Positions 18,201 through 26,421 of a DNA stretch of 38,207 nt are shown here, in pieces. The notes beneath the pieces were generated by a model, which saw only the letters and a program-made list of their open reading frames with translations, had not been told where the DNA came from and did not search any database. Source of the DNA: a virus. Taxonomy: Duplodnaviria > Caudoviricetes. Each line of letters starts with the position of its first letter. The first letter of the stretch is position 1. The DNA is taken from IMG/VR virus record IMGVR_UViG_3300027887_000028, positions 1 to 38,207 of that record. One strand, written 5' to 3'. Position numbers and translations under genes: made by a program.

Positions 18201-21200
18201 GAATTAAGGAATCCATATTCATAACCTACATAGGCTGCAAACAGATCCTGTATCTCTTCCGGAAGTTTATCGAAGTCTGCACGTATCTGATTGAGTTTCG
18301 CATCTGGTATCTTTGAATGAGCATATTCCGGACGGATACCTATCGTTTTTGCAGTTTTCTTTGGCTGATCTTCTTTTTGTATTTCTCTTTCTACAAACCT
18401 GATGTTATTGAGAAACTCATTCCCTTCGTAGATAGAATATTTTTTCTTATTTTCTTTCCTTTCTTCTTCCGAAAGTCCTTCGATAAATTCATTCTTTAGT
18501 AAAGGGAATAACTTGAAGATATCACGTTTTGTCTGGTAATAGTTCTTTTTATAACCAAGAGCCCGGATATCAAATACTTTTGAAAGTGAATTGCTAAAGA
18601 CATTAAGATCTTTCTTTGATAACTCACGCATATTCGGATTCTGCTTCTGCAGGATCTTAAATAGATAAGTGAATATCTGTTTCCCGGGGCTGGATTCTTC
18701 AATGATATCATTAAATACATGGTCCTGTGAAAAGAGTAATACTTTTTCTGTTATAGCAAGTTCTGTAACAAATCGCATTCGTGCAGGATCATCTTTATCT
18801 TCCACAAATAAAGGTCTAGTATCAAAATAACGCATGCCACCAGTCTTTGGATTCTGATTCCGGATCTTCCTTACTACATGCCTGGCATTGATATAGTCTG
18901 AATATGTCTTTGGTCCTTCCTGTGTCAACCGGTACAAGGTACGCATATCTGAAAGTTCGGAAGAGGCATACCATAACTCAAACATATTATCGACATCACC
19001 TTTAGTAAATTCAGTTCCACTTTCCGCTTCCTGATATAACCGAAGTTTTATAAGATCATTCGATTCATCCCGGAGACCACCTGCTTGCCGGCGTTTATAA
19101 AAGACAAACCTTTTTATTACAGGACTGGTGAAATATGATGTAAGACCTTCTATTGAGTTATAAATAACATCATAGTTATCTTTGAAGTTTTTAAAATTCT
19201 CTGATGAATTCTTGCTATTTGCTATCATTGACATGATAAACATATTCGCAGTTATCTCATTCAGTCCCATTGTTTCAATCTTTGGATCCTTGGCATTATC
19301 GAATGACAGGTTAAGAAGATTGGATAGATGAGCTTTCATAGCACCATATTCATCCTGAGCAAGCCTATCAAGATTTACTATCTGTAGGTTTTCTTTTGTA
19401 TCGTAGATAAGACGAAGTGGCGATTTTACTTTAAGCTTATATCGGTTCAATAAACTGAATGTAGTCATATGATCAGTCATGATACCTTTCATTACCACAC
19501 CGACCATATTATTTAACCTGGCATCAAAGAATGAATTTGGATCAAGACGATTTTCACTCAATAAAGATTCTTTACTCCTGAGATTCTCTACTATCTTATC
19601 ATATGCCTTCGTATCTATTGCCCGAATGATCGAATCAAATAGTTCTGGTTCTGTATAACTCTTTACTACAAGCATCATTATTTCATTGGCAATACCTTCA
19701 GCCTTATCAATATCCGTTATTGCCCTTCCATCTTTTTTAAAGAAGACCTGGTTAAACCGATAGTCACCGTCAAAGTCTGATCCGCTGGCTTCCTGACTTA
19801 CACGGTCAAGCATAGTGAAGTTATGACCAACGATATTCTTTTTTAATCTGGCAACAGTATGTGAATGTAATCCATCAGCTGGTACGCGGGTAGATATAAC
19901 TGGTTCCCCGGGGATATTTATACCTCCTTCCACTTCTTCAAGTTCCCAGGGACTATCAAGGAGATCCTGGTATTCGTCAGCATGAACTGTTATATATGCT
20001 AATGCCTGGTCATATGTTCCTTTAAAGAGTTTTGCTTCCCGGGCTCCTTCAATACCTGTTATTATCTCCGGGAGTAAAGTATGTTTACCATCCTTTGTTT
20101 TACGTAATGGCTTTAAAATACCCTCAGCATCGGCTATTTCCTGCGTTGTAAGCCGGTTGATAGGAATATCAAGGGCAAGTTTAGATATTGAAGCAGAGAT
20201 TACCGTATGCATGAAATTACGATATGCAGGATCATCAATGGTCAATCCATTGTCAAGTAATTTCTTTAGATCAGGTTGTGTGAAGTCATTAATGTTCTTC
20301 TTCAGAAATTCATTCTTCTTTTCATCTGATGTCCCTACACGGTCCCTTAGTTTTTCAAGACCTATCCTTTGTAGTTCTGAGATATATCCTATTATCTGTC
20401 CGGAATTATTCAAGGTGAACATATTGGTAAGGAACTGGGAAGGCATGCTGGTAGTCTTAGCAATGGTAGGATGACGAAGATCCTGCTGGACATAAAGTGT
20501 TGATGTCTCTCTGTCCTCAATATGTTTTGCCGGATCAATAGTAATATTCTTGTTTATCTTTCCTTCACTATCAAAAAGTTGTATTATGTCGGTTCCGCTA
20601 TGCGTCTTTGAACTTGAGGGCATGGATAATATATCAATCTTATTACTATCCATAAAATCTTTTATCTCCTGGTATATCCCGCCAAGAAGTTCTGCCAGTA
20701 CATCAATGTTTATAATGTTTGCTTTTGTCAGTTCGCGAAGATTAGTGTCCTTATGTTTGAATGACATTACTGCTTTCAGTGAATCAAGAATAGGATATTG
20801 GACTGACTTTGAATACACATCTCCCATTGATATTTGTGCTTTATCAGCGAATCCCTTACCTCGCATGAAGATCTGGCCGTTGATAGATTCTTTCACGCCA
20901 AGTTTTGGAAGAGTTTGTTCATTGGCGACTGCAAAGGTAAATATCTTGTCAAGACCTCCTTCGATATGAGTATTCATTCGATATCCTGGACTATTTGAAC
21001 TACCGGCACGTTTCACCAGGTCAATATATCTTGGCTTCATACCATTTTTCTCGTAGGATTCAAATTTCCCGAAGAATAGTTCTTGCGTGTCTGCGGTATT
21101 AAGAACATGATTGATAACAAATCCATCCACGAAGTTATCGAACTCGGCAAACGTATTATCACCCGGGCGATGTTTACCGATGGCATATTCGCTGAAGAGT

Positions 21201-24200
21201 GGAATATTTAGTGCTATGATATTCTTTTTTATATCAAGAATTATTTTATCATAGTTTACTTTCCCACCTAAAAGATTAACAACAATATTCCTTTGTTCCG
21301 GAGTAATATCTTTATATTTTGACGCATCAATAAGATAGATAGTAGGTTTATCAGAGAATTGACCTACATTATGAAGATAGGTATCAGTTCCTTTTCCATA
21401 TAGTGAAAGCAGACTAACCCATAAATCTTCGGTATTCATTTCATCAACAGTATTCCCTTCCCTGTTATTATTGATAGATCTGTTATGGATGCCATTTAGT
21501 AATGTGACTTCCATCTTCTTTCCGGACTGGATATAAAACCTGGTTAACGGATTGTCAACTGTAGTATCAAGGATGTTTATTGCTGTATCAAAGAAATCAC
21601 TATACTGGATAAATGATGAAAATCTGTCACTCTTTACGTTCTTCCCATCAAGACCTATATTATCTTGATCTTTTAATGAGGTAGCAAGTTTATAAAGATT
21701 GGATAGAACATTACGGCCTTCGTCACCTTCAGTAAAGAACTTCCGGAATACTGTAAGATACTGGTCATTCGTTAATCCTTCTACTGGATCTGGACGGACT
21801 TCTTTATTTTTAAGAAGATTAAAGACAAGAGTATTCTGGAACCAGAAATAAGGATTACCAAACCGATCTATTTTGCTACCTTCACTTTGACGATATGTTT
21901 CATGTTCCATAAGACTATCCATAGTCTTAAAATTCGTCATTGATTTATCGGTAGTACTTGCAAAGGAATATGTCTCTTTTGTTTCTTCATTAAAATATTG
22001 TCTCCATAATTCGCGCTGGATACCAGTTATCTCCTGAAGGAAATTAAGATCATCTTCAAATTGCTGTTTCTTTAATGCAATGCGTTCTTCTGAAGTTAAT
22101 TCCTTGTAGTGTGAAAATTTCTTATCACTGGAGACTTTGTAATCTCTTACTTTATCTTTTATTCTTCCAATACCAAGTCGTTCAATATTCCTGTTGAGGT
22201 TATAAAGAAAATCACTATACAGATCAGATTTATTAAGCATGTCAATCCGGACACGACCCTGCTTATCAATGATAACACCTACTTGCTTGGCAATAGTAAC
22301 ATTGGAATAGAAATTGAATATACTTATGGCAGTACTATAAGGAAAATTCTCGATGGTATTTATTATTGCTTCAGTAAGAAGATCTCCATTGCGTTGTTCC
22401 TGTAACCAGTTCTTATAAGTCTCTTCATTAGTTACGTTCTCAAAAGATTTAAGATTCGCAATATGATAAAACCGTCTTACAATTTGTGAAACAGCAAATC
22501 CTGACTTCCATGCAATATCCTTCCATATCGGGAAAAATGTCTTTAGATGCATATCTACCTTCTGTGCTGATGAGGTTGTTACACCTTCTGTACTTTCAAA
22601 AATAAGATCCTGTAATGTAGGTGTCTTTGGTTCTTTTGCCCATCCTTTTGCTGCAAGACGTTTATGCTCGAGATAAGTAGTTATGATATCTTCATTCCTG
22701 GCAAGAAGATCTTTCATGTACTGTTTCTCTTCACTGGTATATGTAAGATATTCATCAATGAATCTACGGATCCAGTCAATAGCTTCAGATATCTTTATCT
22801 GCGCCATGTCTGCTATTGACACAGCAAGATCTGTCAGGACTTTTGTTGCCTTCTTCTTCTGATCATCAGTGATATTATGCTTGGCGCCTACATTGTTAGC
22901 AATACGATCAAGGATATCACCAGCTGAGGCATAGAATAATTCTTTCGCTTTTGCATACTTTGCTTTACGAAGATTCTCTTCATTATAATCAGTTATCTGG
23001 ACAGCTGCAATAGTCTTTCCATTGACTTTTACGTTTATCTTATCTCCATAAGGCAATGATACAAGTTCTCCGGTAGTCTTATCAACATCTATTCTTGCCG
23101 CCTTATCTTCCGGATTCCAATCTTCCTTTCGTACTAATTCAAGTTCTACGGGTGATTTTTTAAGAAGGATATCATCAGCAATGATGTTCATTCGTTTCTT
23201 GTAACCTGCTTCAGTCTCGTCTATCCCTGGTTCAGGACCTGTAAAGGCATATACTCTTCTGCCATCAGGTAGTGTAATAAGCATTTTAACGTCAGTTATC
23301 ATGTCAGCCTTCCCTGATATCACCTTTCCCTGGGATAACTCGTCATGAAGGATGCTATGCTTTTCTGAAGGTAGTTTATAGTTGAATGATAATCCAAGTT
23401 CATCAGCCATTATATCAAGTTGATCTTCTATAACCTGTAACTTGGTTCTTGCTTCAAGTGCCGGTTCCTGAACTGTCTTTTGTATATCTTCAATCTCCTG
23501 ATTTATTGCACGTATCTTTGCTGTATCAGTAACAGGATTAAGTGTAAGCTTTTGAAATTTTAGTTCTTTTATTCTTTCCTTACTTTCTTTGGATAGTTGT
23601 TTGAAGTTACCTTCACTGTCTTTCTCATTAGCTTTATCAACTTCTGCTTTTAATATCTCACGTTGTTCTGCAAGATACTCCGGAGTAGGTTCAATGAACT
23701 GTCCGGTATCATCTTGTGGCATTAATCCGTGAGAAATAAGATCTGAGTACTTTTCATTATATTGTTTATTTTTCTTCGTTATCTTATCTATATCTTCCTT
23801 AGTAAGTAATTTCTGATTCTCTTTAAGTTCGGTAATAGTATTTTCTGGTTCTTGTTCCTGTATTATATGACCTGCTTTCTTTGCTGCATTTATAGCAAGA
23901 TTCCGAAACATTTTTTGCTGACTGGCTTGTAATGTCAACTCTTCAACAAAGAGATTCTGTTCCTTAGTGAGATTATCCTTCTTATTGGGTTTTGAGTTCC
24001 ATGCTTCAATAAGTCCGGCCCACTTCTCATCATCAATAAATTCACCTTCCTGGAAGATCTTCAATAATTCTTTATGAAACTCATTCGGAAGTCGTATAAT
24101 AGATTTCTTTTTAGTAAGAGGGTCTTTCTGAGTATAGACTATATCATCGCCAATGAAACCAAATCTTGCAATACGACCTGCTTGTGGAGCAAGTTTCATA

Positions 24201-26419
24201 AATCCTCCAAATAGTCCTACAGTGCCAAAAGTAACAAGTTGATTATGCATGAAATCTTTAAAACTATCAGGACGATCACCAGTAGTAGCATATACAGCAA
24301 GTTGATTAGCAAGTTCTTCAAGATATTCTTCTCTTATTCCATGCCATCCAAGACCTTTCTCAATGACATTTTGTACTCCCTGTCTGAATGATTTAATTCC
24401 TTTAAGTTCAAAATATTTATTAAGAACTATTGCTTTTGCCACATCTTTTCCAGCCAGTGCTTTTACTCCTCTCAATGGGAGTTTAGCCATCTTCATAAAA
24501 TGCCGACCACCATATTCTGTAAGTATCTCAAAATATGAATCCATTGCACCTTTATAGATTGCTTCTCCTTTGGTATTTGTAGTATTACGATCTATTTGGG
24601 TAATGACGTCAGTAAAATCTTCATTCAATTCAGTAGTTATCCTGGGCATCTCCCTTTCAGCAATATTCTTTAACAGATATTGTGGTAGAGCTGCTGTCTG
24701 TACTCCGGCCGCCATTGCTTTTGCAGTATAATCAGATATATACTTCGCGAAGTTTATCTCAGTCTTCCCAAGTGTCTTTGCAAGAAATGGAGTTGTATTA
24801 ACAGTCATGCTTTTTATAATACTTGGCTTCATGCTTCCAAGTACTGCATCGGAAACTCCAGAGATACCTGCTTTAAATACCTGTTGCGCTCCTTTGAAAG
24901 CAAATCTTGTTGCTCCAAATGTTACTATGTATGGAATCATATTAGTTACTCCATGACCAATAGTACTGATGTCACCAACGGTACCTTTTGATTGTGCTTC
25001 CTGCATAACGGAATACATCTCCATAATCTTCGCTTCTGCCCAGGTAGGTTCATAATATCCACTTTCACCATTCATCTTATTGGCTATCTCACCTACCTTC
25101 AACGTTCTTTGCATCTCGTCAATACCAAGAGTGAGAATATCTGTAAGAAGATTATCCCTGCCAAGTCCTTTAGCAAGATCACGGATGCCACGTTTCTGTT
25201 CCGGTGTCTTTAGTATCTTTTGTGAGAATTCAAGAGCTCCTTTTAATGTCTCGTATTCATTCTCAATACGATCCTTGTATGCCTGGAAGTTCTCATAATT
25301 CATTTTAAAATCCGGACCCTGACCAAGTAGTTTCTGTAACGGCATTAAATTGTTCTTATCCGCAGGGAATTCAGCATTGTGGATCTGATCTCTCCATGCC
25401 GATACTTCATCATACCTTGCCTTTAACTGGTCAGCAATCGATTCTGTATATGATTTAAGACCATACATTGATAAACTGCCATCATTCATATCAACAGTCA
25501 TGATAGCATTCATTGTCTTTGCATAATCAGCATATTTGTTTTTCCTGGCATCTGGCTCCAGATCTTTGAATTTCTGATCTACATATTTCTTGACAAGTTG
25601 ATCTATCCGTTTCTTTTTCGTTTCATAATTATACATTCCGGATATCTTGCCTACACCTGAAAATTCAGGATCTTTCTGGGCATCATCAAGAAGTTTTTTA
25701 AGACCTGCCTGATCTTCCGGTGGAACTAGTGGTTTATCTGTAAGTGCTTTGAAATTATAAAGAGCAAGTGTATTCCCGGCTTTCTCTTCATTATGAAGAT
25801 TAAAGGCTGCTACTGCATCAAAATCACGATCCTGTGTTTCCCTATCAATACGGTTATATTTTGGAAGACCTATCTTATTAACAATACCAGCATAGTTGTT
25901 TATCATATGCCCGGCAGAATCCTGTTTGAATGCTATTGATGAAATAACATCATTCTCCATCTCCGGAGTAGTGGGTGTTTTCTTATCAATAATAGTCCTT
26001 CTTACAACTTTCAGTTTAGCAATCTTTAACTCTCTCTCTGCTTTCTGTTCTGACCAGGGTTTGAAATTCGGTAGACGCCTTTGACGTTCTTCAGGGGTTT
26101 CGTTTGGATCAATAGACTTCTTAAATTCATCCCAGGCAGTTCTGCTTTCTTCTGTTAACTTCTGTATCTCATCATCAATAGTACTGAGATTGGTTTCATC
26201 ATCTTTAGTTGAAGGAACTTTTATAGGCTTTTCCGGATTATCAGTATCAGGAACAAAATCATTGATTGGAGATTGATATTCAGGAACATCAAGAATACGA
26301 GTTCCTTTTGGTTGTTTTAAGATGGGTTGAATAGAATCCTTTTTTAGTGAAGAATCAACAGAAGGAATTAATGCTGGTCCATCAAGAACTCTTTTTGGTT
26401 TATCCTGAACTAATGTCAT
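12230..26419 (-). CDS. Giant (4729 aa) virion-packaged two-barrel DNA-dependent RNA polymerase polyprotein with zincin-like and PD-(D/E)xK domains
   Basis: Catalytic GSDFDGD (DFDGD at nt 19763-19777, aa 2215-2219) preceded by TRVP (R2178). KR.....PG lies upstream and DNAKDP (nt 19283-19300) downstream, as in crAss-like RNAPs. HEMSH at aa 2993. G..IH...E, GIADL and DFKT form nuclease motifs. Confidence 0.9.
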   Translation of the reverse strand: MTLVQDKPKRVLDGPALIPSVDSSLKKDSIQPILKQPKGTRILDVPEYQSPINDFVPDTDNPEKPIKVPSTKDDETNLSTIDDEIQKLTEESRTAWDEFKKSIDPNETPEERQRRLPNFKPWSEQKAERELKIAKLKVVRRTIIDKKTPTTPEMENDVISSIAFKQDSAGHMINNYAGIVNKIGLPKYNRIDRETQDRDFDAVAAFNLHNEEKAGNTLALYNFKALTDKPLVPPEDQAGLKKLLDDAQKDPEFSGVGKISGMYNYETKKKRIDQLVKKYVDQKFKDLEPDARKNKYADYAKTMNAIMTVDMNDGSLSMYGLKSYTESIADQLKARYDEVSAWRDQIHNAEFPADKNNLMPLQKLLGQGPDFKMNYENFQAYKDRIENEYETLKGALEFSQKILKTPEQKRGIRDLAKGLGRDNLLTDILTLGIDEMQRTLKVGEIANKMNGESGYYEPTWAEAKIMEMYSVMQEAQSKGTVGDISTIGHGVTNMIPYIVTFGATRFAFKGAQQVFKAGISGVSDAVLGSMKPSIIKSMTVNTTPFLAKTLGKTEINFAKYISDYTAKAMAAGVQTAALPQYLLKNIAEREMPRITTELNEDFTDVITQIDRNTTNTKGEAIYKGAMDSYFEILTEYGGRHFMKMAKLPLRGVKALAGKDVAKAIVLNKYFELKGIKSFRQGVQNVIEKGLGWHGIREEYLEELANQLAVYATTGDRPDSFKDFMHNQLVTFGTVGLFGGFMKLAPQAGRIARFGFIGDDIVYTQKDPLTKKKSIIRLPNEFHKELLKIFQEGEFIDDEKWAGLIEAWNSKPNKKDNLTKEQNLFVEELTLQASQQKMFRNLAINAAKKAGHIIQEQEPENTITELKENQKLLTKEDIDKITKKNKQYNEKYSDLISHGLMPQDDTGQFIEPTPEYLAEQREILKAEVDKANEKDSEGNFKQLSKESKERIKELKFQKLTLNPVTDTAKIRAINQEIEDIQKTVQEPALEARTKLQVIEDQLDIMADELGLSFNYKLPSEKHSILHDELSQGKVISGKADMITDVKMLITLPDGRRVYAFTGPEPGIDETEAGYKKRMNIIADDILLKKSPVELELVRKEDWNPEDKAARIDVDKTTGELVSLPYGDKINVKVNGKTIAAVQITDYNEENLRKAKYAKAKELFYASAGDILDRIANNVGAKHNITDDQKKKATKVLTDLAVSIADMAQIKISEAIDWIRRFIDEYLTYTSEEKQYMKDLLARNEDIITTYLEHKRLAAKGWAKEPKTPTLQDLIFESTEGVTTSSAQKVDMHLKTFFPIWKDIAWKSGFAVSQIVRRFYHIANLKSFENVTNEETYKNWLQEQRNGDLLTEAIINTIENFPYSTAISIFNFYSNVTIAKQVGVIIDKQGRVRIDMLNKSDLYSDFLYNLNRNIERLGIGRIKDKVRDYKVSSDKKFSHYKELTSEERIALKKQQFEDDLNFLQEITGIQRELWRQYFNEETKETYSFASTTDKSMTNFKTMDSLMEHETYRQSEGSKIDRFGNPYFWFQNTLVFNLLKNKEVRPDPVEGLTNDQYLTVFRKFFTEGDEGRNVLSNLYKLATSLKDQDNIGLDGKNVKSDRFSSFIQYSDFFDTAINILDTTVDNPLTRFYIQSGKKMEVTLLNGIHNRSINNNREGNTVDEMNTEDLWVSLLSLYGKGTDTYLHNVGQFSDKPTIYLIDASKYKDITPEQRNIVVNLLGGKVNYDKIILDIKKNIIALNIPLFSEYAIGKHRPGDNTFAEFDNFVDGFVINHVLNTADTQELFFGKFESYEKNGMKPRYIDLVKRAGSSNSPGYRMNTHIEGGLDKIFTFAVANEQTLPKLGVKESINGQIFMRGKGFADKAQISMGDVYSKSVQYPILDSLKAVMSFKHKDTNLRELTKANIINIDVLAELLGGIYQEIKDFMDSNKIDILSMPSSSKTHSGTDIIQLFDSEGKINKNITIDPAKHIEDRETSTLYVQQDLRHPTIAKTTSMPSQFLTNMFTLNNSGQIIGYISELQRIGLEKLRDRVGTSDEKKNEFLKKNINDFTQPDLKKLLDNGLTIDDPAYRNFMHTVISASISKLALDIPINRLTTQEIADAEGILKPLRKTKDGKHTLLPEIITGIEGAREAKLFKGTYDQALAYITVHADEYQDLLDSPWELEEVEGGINIPGEPVISTRVPADGLHSHTVARLKKNIVGHNFTMLDRVSQEASGSDFDGDYRFNQVFFKKDGRAITDIDKAEGIANEIMMLVVKSYTEPELFDSIIRAIDTKAYDKIVENLRSKESLLSENRLDPNSFFDARLNNMVGVVMKGIMTDHMTTFSLLNRYKLKVKSPLRLIYDTKENLQIVNLDRLAQDEYGAMKAHLSNLLNLSFDNAKDPKIETMGLNEITANMFIMSMIANSKNSSENFKNFKDNYDVIYNSIEGLTSYFTSPVIKRFVFYKRRQAGGLRDESNDLIKLRLYQEAESGTEFTKGDVDNMFELWYASSELSDMRTLYRLTQEGPKTYSDYINARHVVRKIRNQNPKTGGMRYFDTRPLFVEDKDDPARMRFVTELAITEKVLLFSQDHVFNDIIEESSPGKQIFTYLFKILQKQNPNMRELSKKDLNVFSNSLSKVFDIRALGYKKNYYQTKRDIFKLFPLLKNEFIEGLSEEERKENKKKYSIYEGNEFLNNIRFVEREIQKEDQPKKTAKTIGIRPEYAHSKIPDAKLNQIRADFDKLPEEIQDLFAAYVGYEYGFLNSSSNGGFFYLFGDKYRVELSRKMSEEKEKWLSDDFTSLEKYRIAKWMQRTISNRNVRDEDSGVTYSSIIDYYNEPLIKSPVSTDALESIESINNTDKAQIVEEYTNILLEHGIKGLNDWIKEVLGISSEDTTKLSISGHAKSAIKLFRERQEQKAKLHFPNEDQTENPVRSLIKGDVHTEAMITNDPGLQDRIYSFLKKQYPDLRLFTDRDTFYNHVRLNGNRLKDVNLSAIGHAFKNAIFINPDSDIQEIIFHEMSHIYWDHLPAEQPEKKKLRDLYREFYPADQYDLNELDEMIIFDIGHVGTEYATKFLDMSRFDRFLELLRDFWRQVKIFFGKYSGKDLVTDMVRNIYTNKDGIKLETIEGHAEVKNLVLLDKKDHGIDRDKSAHSCRLGNIELPGITSVIKKFEYFQFDPDETASMSIEKFKSSYKKVTRMDPTPKMIEDELEGLKLKWAESGIAGTDIHAIAEAVFMDKSITDQLTSRFTTKEVLAEYVKTLNHLKAEILAKYPQATFYAEQDLISLNFKLFGIADLIVDIGNHELIVFDFKTTDKEFKDKDNKETDDYTKNYGMLRSPVSNLKQSKKTKHILQLSIEAAILEEQENEIQKGEKNKVVGLYVVPIMREVDENGLISKARISNIVEEPGTEITYALKNSVKIAYEKDLAIGLLTKFAEVYKDLEASFPEFDFKLKQAGVSAPIRKELMSAESYLSTVSTVPLSEITHGTLQDIRNNGLRSRHRKFVMDLGYDSKDYADYPFELFLFLTDRNIQKRQYLESKKTFFKETKVGANTKRVLNPKLTEEQQNRTYYHTNIDGIDIYSHEVGTKNIKKDQKIVEIYEVPGAKKKYKEFRIFTVTEINHRYKWVRVKDDETNVEHTIYQVAADEGVLAYDETPDKLRHTEKENFVQRYISIEEPIMQEHWVHNADITPENQASEGRLWRFFGEYDTREKILKLMNNYDEMVQIYHDLANDDISKPLREFLGEVLVNHDMAEQIRTEHKFGPSSMMPMTLNVYYMLTRPEKEIMDLDGWWKQGYYWQPARMMSSEYTHFNYLMYGLEKGFRKAAEEQYVLRHKLARFMLNKDNKDYPKDFDIDNVVSTKRGHKHYVLPNTRNLSESEKDFLEIIYNHYYTFVSPYVYAKKQAEAKGQTKYPMLIPVTKVFATREEMQEDPTIGRSWGGVLHELLQPSIYDDTHVQLVERVDGILKEIPGKYMKWKDIKDDYIDQMEDANTKEDWLGKRWRHKFRHIPGIRKSSMIPGKLAYYHREVQKNYNTGKGKGNKLPSNRQRRISSMHSLHTVFQTKYIIEAEEKVMESNLFAFYMKRTMAPIDYVLKAYEGRTNIQKYLAEFTDFLVFKRGKNLSSEATALVDFFTKVNSLAKIAWAPKTSIYNFAIGQSMDIIREPAAWAKGIGRFRHNPKKALNIIGRYGIGTVIDEARFDELAKMSGVKYSWEDKTHSRFTINQIAEKGYVLMDKVEKMNQFPVYIGLMTEDEWNAYDEEGNIIDETKYKHLSPYRRQRLSSIVKSIHGDYRPENAAPFWNTNLGRSLAQFKKWIPAMVWEEIAPYHFDRDYLVHSGIVTSLSMLTRTIRFNISSEQQRADRYMKVITERWPDIEKAEAINVKPLTLVEMKNKIKEDGERKKYVLKNTKDYIDLLISARNGGRINMKSDFSENDKKKLVAAFLQMASFLAISIAIAAIKSGGDDERKFKQIAGSFWLKFLIRYNNDMFMYLQPKQWSNLGDNFGIAYIDAILNMKNFIVDFSTYMYSMGDNFVDTWQEKGFEEAIQHGFWKDEGIYTKDGSMPEKWPKFVKDALGFVPAGGLGKSIISTGMWLGDFRSVVRTMRRKGYSEEIIKQTIETMDESISWRERNRDIAKYEAMIAVKKKALTWRALQNKEITWEVRDIQNYQKELDKILRDNNSYRGYQNMIEENIIDQETIDGYFEDAKKHDKFFGKKKTISPRESHESFEESRKSIQKKNSLRTNPSIYDELKTNR

Positions 26420-26421
26420 AA

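Noticed and set aside
12230-26419. Inteins or introns in the giant RNAP gene
   Set aside because: The ORF is uninterrupted, and no C...HN-(C/S/T) splice junction or LAGLIDADG motif was recognised.
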